A stretch of DNA of 63,670 nt, filler included, from Octopus bimaculoides (lineage: Eukaryota), in assembly GCF_001194135.2 (NCBI RefSeq). It is 5 parts of 4 records of this genome, joined end to end, with 100 filler letters (N's around TTAATTAATTAA, not from the genome) between each part and the next. Parts side by side here need not be neighbours in the genome. Positions count along the whole stretch, not along the records: positions 12,168 to 31,181 come from NC_068982.1; 4 more parts are not named here. One strand, 5' to 3'. Below the pieces are notes generated by a model. The model did not search any database, was not told the DNA's origin, and saw only the letters and a program-made list of their open reading frames with translations. A program made the position numbers and the translations under genes. Shown here piece after piece: positions 12,938 through 23,550 of the stretch. Within the stretch, counting starts at the first letter, position 1; each line of letters begins with the position of its first letter.

Positions 12938-13313
12938 GTATATGTGTGTGTGTGTGTTCGTGTATGCGTGTATGTGTATGTGTGTGTTTATGTTTGTTCC
13001 CCCACCATCGCTTGACAACCGATGCTGGTGTGTTTATGTTCCCGTAACCTTAGCGGTTCGGCAAAAGTGACCGATAGAATAAGTACTAGGCTTACAATGA
13101 ATAAGTCCTGTGGTACTCCAGCATGACCGAAAGAATTAATTGGTCCTGCTTATACAATACACAAAATATTTCAACAATTTTCGTTATAGAATTCCTAATA
13201 TTTAATTATAAAAATATAATATGATTCTTTTTAAAATCGAGTGGCTAGGTGGGTCCATCCAAGTGAAATGGGAATCAAAGAGGCCTATAGGTAAAAATGG
13301 TTGAGAAATATAA
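12689..13313 (+). mobile_element. hAT (Buster-type) MITE interrupted by a type A SINE
   Basis: Left TIR CAGTGGTTCTCAACC, degenerate right TIR GGTTGAGAAATATAA, 8-bp TSD TTTTAGAG/TTTGAGAG. Confidence 0.65.
12761..13128 (+). mobile_element. OK/Ceph-like SINE (type A), near full length
   Basis: tRNA-like head, central domain, internal (TA)(TG) tract and 3' part ending CCAGCATGACCG. Confidence 0.9.
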
Positions 13314-13349
13314 TTTGAGAGGAAATGTTTTTTTCCCTTTCTTGTTCAA

Positions 13350-13695
13350 AGGCCATCCCGTGGCACTGCTTTGAAAGCGTTAATCAACTCAAATATATAT
13401 AGAGCCAAATATATATTTATTTTTTTGTTTGTTAAAGTAATATTCTCTCTGTCAGTTTTGCCGAATCGCTAAGTTACGTGGACGTCAACCAACCAGTACA
13501 GGTTGCTAATCGATAGAGAGGGGCAAACACAAACACACACACTTATATACGACAGTTTTTGCCAACCAAATTTACTCACAAGACATTGGTCGACTCGGGG
13601 CTATTGTAGAAGACACTTAACATGTCGAACCGTGGAACTGAAGCTAAAACAACGCCGTTGTGAAACGAGCGTGACCATTCAGCCATGCTTGTACT
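13350..13695 (-). mobile_element. Type A SINE, degenerate
   Basis: TTTTGCCGAATCGCTAAGTTACGTGGACGT and ACTCACAAGACATTGGTCGACTCGGGGCTATTGTAGAAGACAC match the family. Confidence 0.7.
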
Positions 13696-13789
13696 TAGGT
13701 GTCTATGTTTTAAATATCATAGGACATTTAAAGGTATCTTCTCTCTCTTTTTTAACAGCATACGTTTTAATTTAAAAGGAATTTGGTTA

Positions 13790-14175
13790 CTTTTCTAGCA
13801 GGTCAGAAAACTACCTAAAGGTGTCCTTGTTAATACACGAGTTTTTTGCCCAAAACAACACGGTATCGTTTCCGCACCCAGCCTATTCGCCAGATTTACC
13901 ACTTGCGGACTTCCATCTATTCCCCAAGATGAAAATGCAGCTCAAAGGTCGTCGTTTTAACACCACTATCAAGATCCAGAGCGAATCGCAGAAGGTCCTC
14001 AACTCGCTTACGGAAAACGACTCCAGGCCCGGTTCCAAAAGTGGGAGGAATGCTAGGACCGGTGTAGTGCTGCGCAAGGTGACTATTTCGAACGAGATGA
14101 TATTAATACTTAGGTAAATAAATTATATTTTTATTAAACATAATTAGTCCAGGAACTTTTTGATACCACCTCTTA
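13790..14175 (+). pseudogene. mariner (DD34D) transposase 3' end with right TIR
   Basis: HPAYSPDLPLADFHLFPKMKMQLKGRRF carries the YSPDL motif and third Asp. TIR AGTCCAGGAACTTTTTGATACCACCTC at about 14146-14172, then TA. Confidence 0.92.
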
Positions 14176-14800
14176 TTTGATAACAATACTGTAACAAATC
14201 AATAGAAATGCTGAAAACTGTAAAAATTTAAAAAATAGAAACAAACAAAAACATTTGAAAATTAATGGAATGAATAAAAGAATGAAAATTCGGATATTTT
14301 TTTGCTGTGCTTTGAGTTTATTTGGTGATGATGGTGGTGGTGGTGATGTTGTTGTTGTAAGTGGTGGTTAGAAGAGGAAGAGAATGTAGAAGTGAGATTG
14401 GTGGTAATGATGGCGGTGGAGATGGTAGCCTTCGTAGTGTTGTAAAAGAAGTTGCGGTTAAGATGATGGTGGCGTTGTTGATTAAAACTATTTTGGTAGT
14501 AAGAAAGCTAGATTCGGTAACTATCGTACTGGTGGATGCTGTCGTTTAGTGATAGTTACTGTTTCACGTGGTGTGACGGTTGGAAGTTTTAGTCGAAGCG
14601 TGTTTGTTGTGCCTCTTGTAGCGGTCCCCTGGTGTTTCACCGGAAGAAGTGATGATTGTGCTAATAGTGTCGGTTGTAGCGATAATGGTGGTGGTACTAG
14701 TATTGGTAAAACTAGTGGGATTGAAAAAAAATTAGAGTTGGTAGTAGTAGTATTGTTGATGTTGGTGTGAGCGAATTTGTTTTATAAGTACTATGATATA

Positions 14801-14857
<57 letters not shown>

Positions 14858-14864
<7 letters not shown>

Positions 14865-15155
14865 TGTATGTGTATTTTTTCAATGTGTACAAATAACACG
14901 GAAAAACTAAAAAATAGTTACCAAGGTAGCAAAAATTCACATAAGTGCCCAGGATGTTACAGCCTACTTATAAAGGTAGAAATTCCAGGGTTTAGTGAAA
15001 TGTTTTTAAATAACATAGATAAATTAAGAAACGGAGTTAAACGCAGATGTTATTCAAACCTTTATACTTCCGACATATGTTTCGAAGAAAACATTGGTAT
15101 TATTACCGAGGGAATGAAATGATGTAAAACAATGTAATCATCTCATCAGGAAATA
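14858..15155 (-). mobile_element. Dispersed repeat (second copy 19899-20117) carrying hammerhead-like motifs; Penelope-like terminal repeat suspected
   Basis: About 220 bp align between the two loci. The minus strand has CGAAACATATGTC in this copy and CGAAACATGTC in the other. Confidence 0.6.
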
Positions 15156-15278
15156 AAGAAAAACAAAACATCAATAAGTCATTTTAACCGAATTTGATTA
15201 CTGCGTATATGATGAAGAGAACGCTGGTAAGTTATTAATTTTTTTTTTTAATAACTTGCCAAGGTTCCCGTCATCATA

Positions 15279-15545
15279 TACGCAATAAGTATCCGGACTG
15301 TTGCTATAATAACGAAGCTAAAGCATGCAGAGTAAGGCCGCTTGCCACCATGTTGTGCATGCGCACTAAATTTTAACGTTGTAGCTCACTTGTGCTGTTT
15401 ACAACAGTACTTGGAAAGAAGAAATGCGTGAAGCCTGTGATCGTCGCATTGACCATGACAGAGAAAGTTGAGCAGAGAATTTGCATCAAATTTTGGCAAA
15501 AGCTTGGTGATACCTGCTCAGAGGTCTACGCAAAGTTTCCAAAAG
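15279..15545 (+). mobile_element. mariner 5' end with N-terminal HTH fragment
   Basis: TA-CG..CAATAAGTATCCGGACTG (TIR missing 9 bp) and MTEKVEQRICIKFWQKLGDTCSEVYAKF. Confidence 0.85.
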
Positions 15546-15595
15546 GTTTCATCGTTCTAGACACAATCAAGGAGATCTTGTGCAACTGAGACCTA

Positions 15596-16155
15596 AGTGT
15601 CTTTTTGGTCAGCTGAGAGCAGTTTTGGCACAAACTTGGCAGACACGTGTCTCATACCCAAATCGTTAGTGATAATGGACTGAACTGAACCGTAACTGAT
15701 CTGCACGACCTCTGATAACTCATGGATGGTGATTCGACGATTTCTTCTCACAGCTGCACGCTCATCTCCGATGTTTTTCTCAGTTCCGCTGGTTGCGGGT
15801 CTCTCAGAGCGTTCGTCAATAATGACATTTTTTCGGCCATCTTGGAAACGTCTGAACCACTCGTACGCATGTGTGTGTCTCATACACTCCTCTCCATACA
15901 CTTGCTGCAACTTTGCGTAGGTCTCTGAGCAGGTATCGCCGTAACAACTTTCTTTGTCATGGTCAATGCAGTGTTCACACGCAACACACCTTCCTTTCAA
16001 GTGCTGTTGTAAACAGAAGAAGTAAGCTAGAACGTTAAACTTAGTGCGCATGCACAGCAGAATTAAATGACAATCTGTGCCAAGCGGCTTTACTCTGCGT
16101 GCTTTAGCTTCGTTACTACGGCAGCAGTCCTGATACTTATTGATCAAACCTCGTA
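15596..16155 (-). pseudogene. mariner 5' half: left TIR plus HTH region up to the WVPR-like motif
   Basis: TIR CGAGGTTTGATCAATAAGTATCAGGACTG after TA; AYEWFRRFQDGR...DERSERP...RRITIHELSE...HVSAKFVPKLL. Confidence 0.92.
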
Positions 16156-16250
16156 TGTGTGTCATATATATGATATAAATGTTATATGTACACACACACA
16201 CACACACACATGTATATTTATATGTATAGATATACGTGTATATCAGTATG

Positions 16251-16308
<58 letters not shown>

Positions 16309-17328
16309 GTATATACACATGTCTTCCATTCTTGTATCCTTATGATACTAATAAGTGGTACTGTTGTGATTGGCACAGCTTACTGGTAACGGCGTGGAAA
16401 GTGGGAGATTGAAAAATGAACATCTCACAGCCCATAGGGGAATTTGATTTTCTGTCAGTAAAACATACCATCTAGACCGGAAATCATAGCTAGATCACAA
16501 ATATATATCACTATTCTTGTATGCCAGGTGCAATAGGTTTTTGTAAAAACAGTTCTCACATACAAACGCATATAGACACACGCACATACACATATACGCG
16601 CACAGAGAAAACATATACATAAATACACATACATATGTATGTCTGTATATATATATCTAGATACATTTTATATATATATATATATATACACATACATATA
16701 TGCACATATATACATATGTATACATAGATGTACATATACATACACATATATATATACTTACTATATATATATATATATATATATACCTACCTACCTACCT
16801 ACATATGTGCTTATGTATACATACAAGCGCTCGCGGATATATATAAACGTGTGTGTCTGTGTGTATGTACTTTCGCCATTAAATATTTATCAAAATCCAA
16901 TATGACCAGATTGATCTGCAAAATAGTTTTAACAACGAATGAAGAAGAAGAAAAAAATATTTTCTGACGCAGTACCATTTATAATCGCTCAATATCCCGT
17001 TTGGTTACTAACACTTTCGTTTGCTATATGTTTACAACAAATTTTAATTTTCTTTTCTTGGAAAGTTATTCAAATGTTTACAATTGCTTAGGTTCGGTGG
17101 AATAACAAGCTACACACACGCGCACACACATACACACACACCTTCTCCCTCATGCAAACACATGCATACGCACACATACAAAATCTCAAAAGCCACACAC
17201 ATACCTGTACTTGTGTCTGCGCGTGCGCATGTGTAAGAGTGTGTGTGTGTGTGTGTGTATGCATATGTTTAAGTCAAACGATAGAAAAATAAAGAGATTA
17301 AAAGAGGGAAAGAGTGAAAATGATTATG

Positions 17329-17410
<82 letters not shown>

Positions 17411-17433
17411 CGTATACACATATACATACATAC

Positions 17434-17466
<33 letters not shown>

Positions 17467-18362
17467 CACACATACATATACATACACACATACATATATA
17501 TACACAAACCCACACACACATATATACATACACACACATATATATACATACACACACATCTCTATACATACACATACACATACATACGCGCACACATACA
17601 CACACATATACATAAATAATATGAGAGAGAGAAAGAGAGTGAGAGAGAAAGAGAGTGAGAGAGAAGGAGAAGGGACATGTGTCATTTGCAGAAGAATCCA
17701 GAAAGAAATATATTGAATAGTCCTAACCAAGAACTATAACAAGAAGATGAGATTCTCTGTGTTCTTGTTCGGTAGCAGCTGTAGACTTTGTGATAGAGTT
17801 ATTAATGGTGTTGGTGATGTTTGTGGTGGCCCCGGTGGGGCTTGTTGTCGTTATTGGTAGTGGAGGTTCGTATTGGTGACAATGAGGTTAAGATTTTTGT
17901 TGTGGCACTTGTATATTATAATGGATGTAGTAATAATATTGAACGGAAAGAGACTTCAATAAATAAATGGTAAATAAATAAAGGAATACAAATAGAAATA
18001 AAAGAAAGTAGGTGACAAGTCAAATTGATGACAGTGGTAACTTGTAAAAATGTCAAGCTTCACTCGAATTTGCTTTGAATCCTGTTCACGCTTAACATTT
18101 GTCGTAGATTTATCACGCCTCCCAACTTGCCATCACCTTCACCAGCTGGTTCTTAGAAGGCTTTCGCAGAACTGCGGTAGTTTGAATAATTATTAATAGT
18201 TACTGTACGGACAGGAAGAAGCCAAATATTTCGTGCTGCTAGCTCCTTATCTTTTTGTCTTATATGTTTTATTTGTTTCATGTCAACGGACAGCAGCCAT
18301 GCTGGGACGTCGTTCTATCTTTTTCATCACTTGTTGTTGTCTCCGGCTCTGTAGTTCGAGAC

Positions 18363-19265
18363 TCAGTCTCTTCCGCTTCGTCCACCAATGTTTTTTTCCG
18401 CCTTTCCTGCTTTCCTCTTTTTTTGGGTTTTTAGTGGTGACTCCACCCTCAACCTTTTCCTGTCAACCACAGCTTCCTCTTCCCTTTCTTCCACCTCCTC
18501 CACCTCTGCCTCACTGCTTCTTTCTGTCTCCTTTATGTGTACTTCTCTTAGGGGACACCTTGCCTGCATGTGTCCCCTATTTTTGCATTGGTAACATATT
18601 GGGTGTCTCACCTCCACCACAACTCTTAGTCGTGTTTCATCGGGGAGCACCAACTCCTCCGCGATGTTGTGCAGATCCGGTAGGGATACATGGATAAGGA
18701 CTTCTAATCCAAATCCCCACCAGTTAATCTCTTTCAACTTCTCCACCTTCACAACTTCCACCTCTTCCTTACAATTGAAAATGATGGCTGCCACCAGCCA
18801 TTCCTCGTTGATCTCTGGGGGCACTCTGCCTATTCTTACTCTCACGGCACGTTTCCCGCAGTAAGTTGGCAAGAATGCCCACCTTGCAGCTTTTAAGGCC
18901 ACCGTGGAGTGCCTTTTCGCATCTTCCTCATTTCTGAAACGCACCTCTACTGTGCCGAATTTCCTTCCTCTAGAATAGAAGGTTGTCATTTCCTTCACTC
19001 GGCTAAGACACTCCTCTATATCTTCCGTCGCTGCTACTTCAGTTTTCCTTCTTTCCACATTTAGTGTTCTGTACACTATAATTCTTTCCTCCGCGCGCTG
19101 CGTGTCCTCTTTCGGGGGCGTCACCCTAAGGCAATCTCCTTTCACAATTAATTTTTTGTGGTTTAAAATTCTCTTTATGTCCATTTTAATTTCTGTCATT
19201 TCCATAGCATTGGCAGACAGGCTTTTGCCTGCTACCGCAGCGTAGCTTGTTGTATCCATACCCAC
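18363..19265 (-). CDS. L1/Tx1-clade ORF1-like nucleic-acid-binding protein (RRM-like region, CCHC zinc knuckle, acidic/basic tail)
   Basis: 300 codons with no internal stop. SYAAVA N-terminus, FGTVEVRF, VRVRIGRVPPEINEEWL, VVVEVRHPI-CYQCKNRGHMQARC (CX2CX4HX4C), and NLS-like RKRLR and KKRK. Confidence 0.8.
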   Translation of the reverse strand: MGMDTTSYAAVAGKSLSANAMEMTEIKMDIKRILNHKKLIVKGDCLRVTPPKEDTQRAEERIIVYRTLNVERRKTEVAATEDIEECLSRVKEMTTFYSRGRKFGTVEVRFRNEEDAKRHSTVALKAARWAFLPTYCGKRAVRVRIGRVPPEINEEWLVAAIIFNCKEEVEVVKVEKLKEINWWGFGLEVLIHVSLPDLHNIAEELVLPDETRLRVVVEVRHPICYQCKNRGHMQARCPLREVHIKETERSSEAEVEEVEEREEEAVVDRKRLRVESPLKTQKKRKAGKAEKNIGGRSGRD

Positions 19266-19456
19266 AATGGGTAGTACAACAATTTACAAAATTATTCGAC
19301 AAAGGTTCAACAATAATATATAGCGATATTCTTCAACAATATTCTTTAACAACAACAAACATTCCGACTCACCGCAACGCTTTCTTCAAACCAAAATCAC
19401 AACGCAAACTCAAAAATTCTACTACTATTGACCTCCTACAATGACTAACTGTCTGA

Positions 19457-19464
19457 CTTTATAG
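19457..19464 (-). promoter_or_regulatory. Candidate TATA box (TATAAAAG) upstream of the ORF1-like frame
   Basis: Minus strand TATAAAAGTCAGACAGTTAGTCATT, about 190 bp upstream of the ATG. Motif match only. Confidence 0.3.
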
Positions 19465-19865
19465 TGGATGTTCGCGTGGGAAGGGAAGTACCATTTTCAC
19501 TAAATGTCTTAACTACAGCCATTTCTGTGCCTTTTAGCAACAGCTTCTCAACCACGATGCTTGTAAAAGAAAACTGCCAAGTCAAGTACTGAGATCGATA
19601 TAATTGACTAAACTCTTCTCGTGAATTTGATGGCTCTTGGCGAAATCGAATACTTGGAAACAATGTTACTGTATTTGAAATAGAAATGCTGGTGAATACA
19701 ACACACCAGTAGATCAGAGCTTGCAGGGTTTTGGTAGGCAAATTTATGCAAATCAGTGTCGGAGGTATAACTGTGTGGTTAAGAATCTCATATNNNNNNN
19801 NNNNNNNNNNNNNNNNNNNNNNNNNNNNNNNNNNNNNNNNNNNNNNNNNNNNNNNNNNNNNNNNN

Positions 19866-19908
<43 letters not shown>

Positions 19909-21240
19909 ATTCTTTCGATGTGTAATATATAACACGGAAGAAATAAATAAATAGTTACCAGGGTAGCAAAAAATTCACATAAGTACCAAGGATGTTACAG
20001 CCTACTTCTAAAGGTAGAAATTTCAGGATTTAGTGAAATGTTTTAGTGAAATGGAGTTAAACGCATTTGTTATTCAGATCTTTATACTTCCGACATGTTT
20101 CGAAGAAAACATTGGTAAAACTCTGGAATAATATGAAGGAGAGAGAGGGACAGAAAGAGAACGGTGAAGGGGGAGGAGAAGAATTAGTGAAAGGGTGGGA
20201 GAGAAAAAAGAATATAGAAAGGGGAAGAGAGAGAGGAATATAGATAGTGATAGAATAGTGTCGCATCAGAATTATTAAGGTAAAACTTACTTGGAAATGG
20301 ATGCATGGCGTTCGATCATATGATAATATAGATAATATATATACATATATGCATATATGCATACATACATGTACATGCTTACATATATGTATATACACAT
20401 GCATATATGGGTACAGGACGTCAAAAAACGTAAACATAAAAAACGAGAACATGAATTAAAAAAAACATGGAAAACGAACTTTTTTTTGAACAACGAAAGA
20501 AACAAATAGAAAAACGAGACAGGCAACATAAAAAACAATCCCTTCATCAGTTGTCCCCTGTTTTATCTACTCCGTGTTTCGAGCGTTAGGACAAGATGCG
20601 TCTTCGGCAAAACAGTCGCTCCCGCAAAGCAAATTAAATAAAGTTTGGGATATATATATTTTGCCTGTATTAATTTAATAATTCTTCTGTGGCTTAGAAG
20701 TATTTTGACTTCTATTTTTAGCGAAGCAGGTGCTTATGTAGTACTTTAGTATATATAGATATATCTATATATCTGATATATGATTTGTTAATTTGCCTAT
20801 ACGGCTTTACGCTCGCGGCCACTAACGTTATATCAACAAATAATTTGACAAGGTTTGTTTGTTTCAATTGTGTTCGACCACTCAAATGACTTGACAGGTA
20901 AGATGGCAGTGAATTATAGTAGTTGTCCCTGGCAGATTTGACTAAGGAGATTCAGACGCCTTTGGCGCTAAATTCAAAATATTGATATAAAATTAACCAA
21001 CATTCCCCCTGCAACCTTGGCAGATGTAAGACACTATTCTTGTTTACTAAACTTTTTTTTACTGTCATGTCTGTATTAATTTTTACTAGAAATTTAAATA
21101 ATAATAAAAAAAAAGAATTAGGAATTTTGCAGTATGACAAACTAGTGAACAATAAAAGGTAAAAGTTATTTCAGGCTTTGCGCCTATATTAGAAACATAA
21201 TAGCGTCGACATTAATGTTATTATTGTATAAGTTCAGGTC

Positions 21241-22160
21241 TGCACTGATCCTACAGAGCTCTGATCAAAATTGATCCAGCAATGATCATCCCGTGTTTTT
21301 ATTCAGTCAGTGTAAAGACAGCTAGGACTACATTACCCCATCTAACATTCTAACTTAGAGACGGCTTGGTTTGATAGAGATTTGGCTACTATTTCTAGCG
21401 GGTCGTAGGAGCTTTTCTTTTTCAATGATTACAAGAGAGATATTAGCATAGTTAGACCCTGTAAAGCGCTGATCAAAATCGATCCAGCAGTGATCATCCC
21501 GTTTTTTATTCAGACAACTAGGATTATGTTATCCCATCTGACATTCTAATTCAGGGGTTCTCAACCATTAAAAAAAAATCTATGGACCCCTTTAATTACT
21601 ATATTATTCTAGCGAATCCCCATAGCTATTCGATGTTTAAAAACTATTTTTATAGAAATTTCTTACAAAACTCCTATTTCGTTTTTCACACATCAACTTG
21701 TGTAGGTTGAACTATGTAAAATGTTAGAGAAAGAAACAGCTATTTCTTGTAATAAATACATTAAAAGTAAAAATTTTCAGGTTTTCCAATTTAATATTTT
21801 GTTGCCTGGACCTCCCAAAATCTTATACGGATCATCAGGGGCCATATGGACTCCGGTTGAGAACCACTGTTCGAACTTAAAGACGGCTCGATTTGAGAGA
21901 GATTTGGCTACTATTTCTGGCAAGTCAGTAGAAGCTCTTTTCACCGATTTGTTACAAATGAGATCCTGCAGAGCTCTGATCAAAATTAATCCAGCAGTGA
22001 TCATCCCGTTTTTTATTCAGACAGTTTAAAGAAAACCAGGATTACGTTATCCCATCTGATATTCCAACTTAAAGACGGTGGAGTTGAGAGAGATTGGCTG
22101 CTATTACTAGCAGGTCTTAAAGGCTTTTTGTTTCACTGATTTGTTACAAGAAAGAGATAT
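21241..22160 (+). repeat. Three diverged tandem copies of a roughly 200-bp unit; copy 2 is split by a MITE
   Basis: CTGATCAAAAT..ATCCAGCA.TGATCATCCCG recurs at about 21260, 21468 and 21976; GAGATT(T)GGCT(A/G)CTATT recurs three times. Confidence 0.9.
21552..21869 (+). mobile_element. hAT (Buster-type) MITE, complete
   Basis: TIRs CAGGGGTTCTCAACC / GGTTGAGAACCACTG. TSD TTCTAATT / TTCGAACT, each one change from TTCTAACT seen at the empty site in copy 1; nnnTAnnn is the Buster preference. Confidence 0.9.
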
Positions 22161-23149
22161 TAGTAGCATAGTTAGGGTAGTGGGGTGAGGGTGTTGCTGA
22201 TTGATGTGCTGTAAATGACGTCAGCAAGATTTCTGGAGTGTGGACTCGAGAATGGCCGATGCATGGAATGTTCTTAAAAATGGGAAAAATCATCGCAGCA
22301 TTTGTCATGTGTCAACGTAAAATGCTTGCGTAGTGCTCTGTGCCAAGAAATAACTGTCTGTCAGACTGAATACTGATCACACTGGAGATAGCTATTGACA
22401 GAAAAGCATAAAGCTACCGAAACTATGTGAATGTTCGCGCGCACTCATATATTCACGTACGCGCGCGCTCACATACTCACGCACGCGCGCGCTCACATAC
22501 TCACGCACGCGCGCACACACACAAGCACAGACACATACACACAAACGCGCTCTCACATACACACATGTATGCACAAACACATCTCGCACCCGCATAACTA
22601 TATTTTATTTGACGATACTGCTAAAGAAGTAACGCAAAGGCCAAGAGTTTCGAGCCAAGCCCATTTCTAAACCATTATATATATATATATAAATTACTGT
22701 TTATTTATGAATGGGATCAATAACAAAAGTACTCCATTCAGTGTGAGTTAAATATAATTTTTATATACACAGGATTTAAATTTGAGCTACCAATAGTTTC
22801 ATGCAGCGGAAACACAATAATTCGGCAGATTTATATATCATGTCTTGTTTCTTAAAGCAATCTTTCAGGCTCGAATACACATGGCTTGTCTTATTTGAAA
22901 ACCGTGAAAAGATGCTGGTCTATTGGAAAACATGAGAAAAGGCGAGAAGGTGAATGTAAAAGGTGGAATAAGAATAAGTGGACTGAGAAAACAAAAGGTA
23001 AATAGAAACGGAAAAAAGAAAAAAGGGAAAGAAAATCAATTGCGTTCCCTTTGACCGTCGAAAGCATAAATTGTATAACAGGAGTTAAATAATACAACGG
23101 GAAGGAGGCCAAAGTCTGTGAACAACATGATTAATCCGGAGAGGGTGGT

Positions 23150-23550
23150 GTCTTCCATTTCAACAAAAGAACTTCGTCGATGTGATCGCATTTGCTAAAA
23201 CTTTCGGATCTGGATTTAAGTAGTGTAGTGGATCTTAAAAGAATGTGAGGTCTTTTAGCAACACAACATGCATCACTTTGAGCCGTTTACGCACTGCGTG
23301 GCTTTTTCCACAATGCTCCACTTGATTGTATGTGGGGTGTAGTTGGCCTTCAGCTTTCCATATATGGCCAACCAACTTAGTGGCTACATTTTTGTCTAAG
23401 TGTCTTTCCAACAAATAAGCAAAACTAAATCGACATAGTTTTTCTTTTGTATTTTATTATTTTGGGTCACTACTGTAACTTCACTTTCATAACCAACTGA
23501 GTTTATCAAGTATGCCTGATCGGATGAGCAAGCTTCAAGGAATTTTGGCA
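23150..23550 (-). pseudogene. Penelope-like element GIY-YIG endonuclease remnant
   Basis: ACSSDQAYLINSVGYESEVT...KNYVDL (decayed CPLxGxCL..VY..YIG) then IKWSIVEKATQCVNGSK*CMLC and LLKSRSESFSKCDH (LLNxRSE..SKCRH), with stops and frameshifts. Confidence 0.75.

Noticed and set aside
18233-18864. Plus-strand ORFs overlapping the ORF1-like gene
   Set aside because: Antisense shadows of a purine-rich coding strand.
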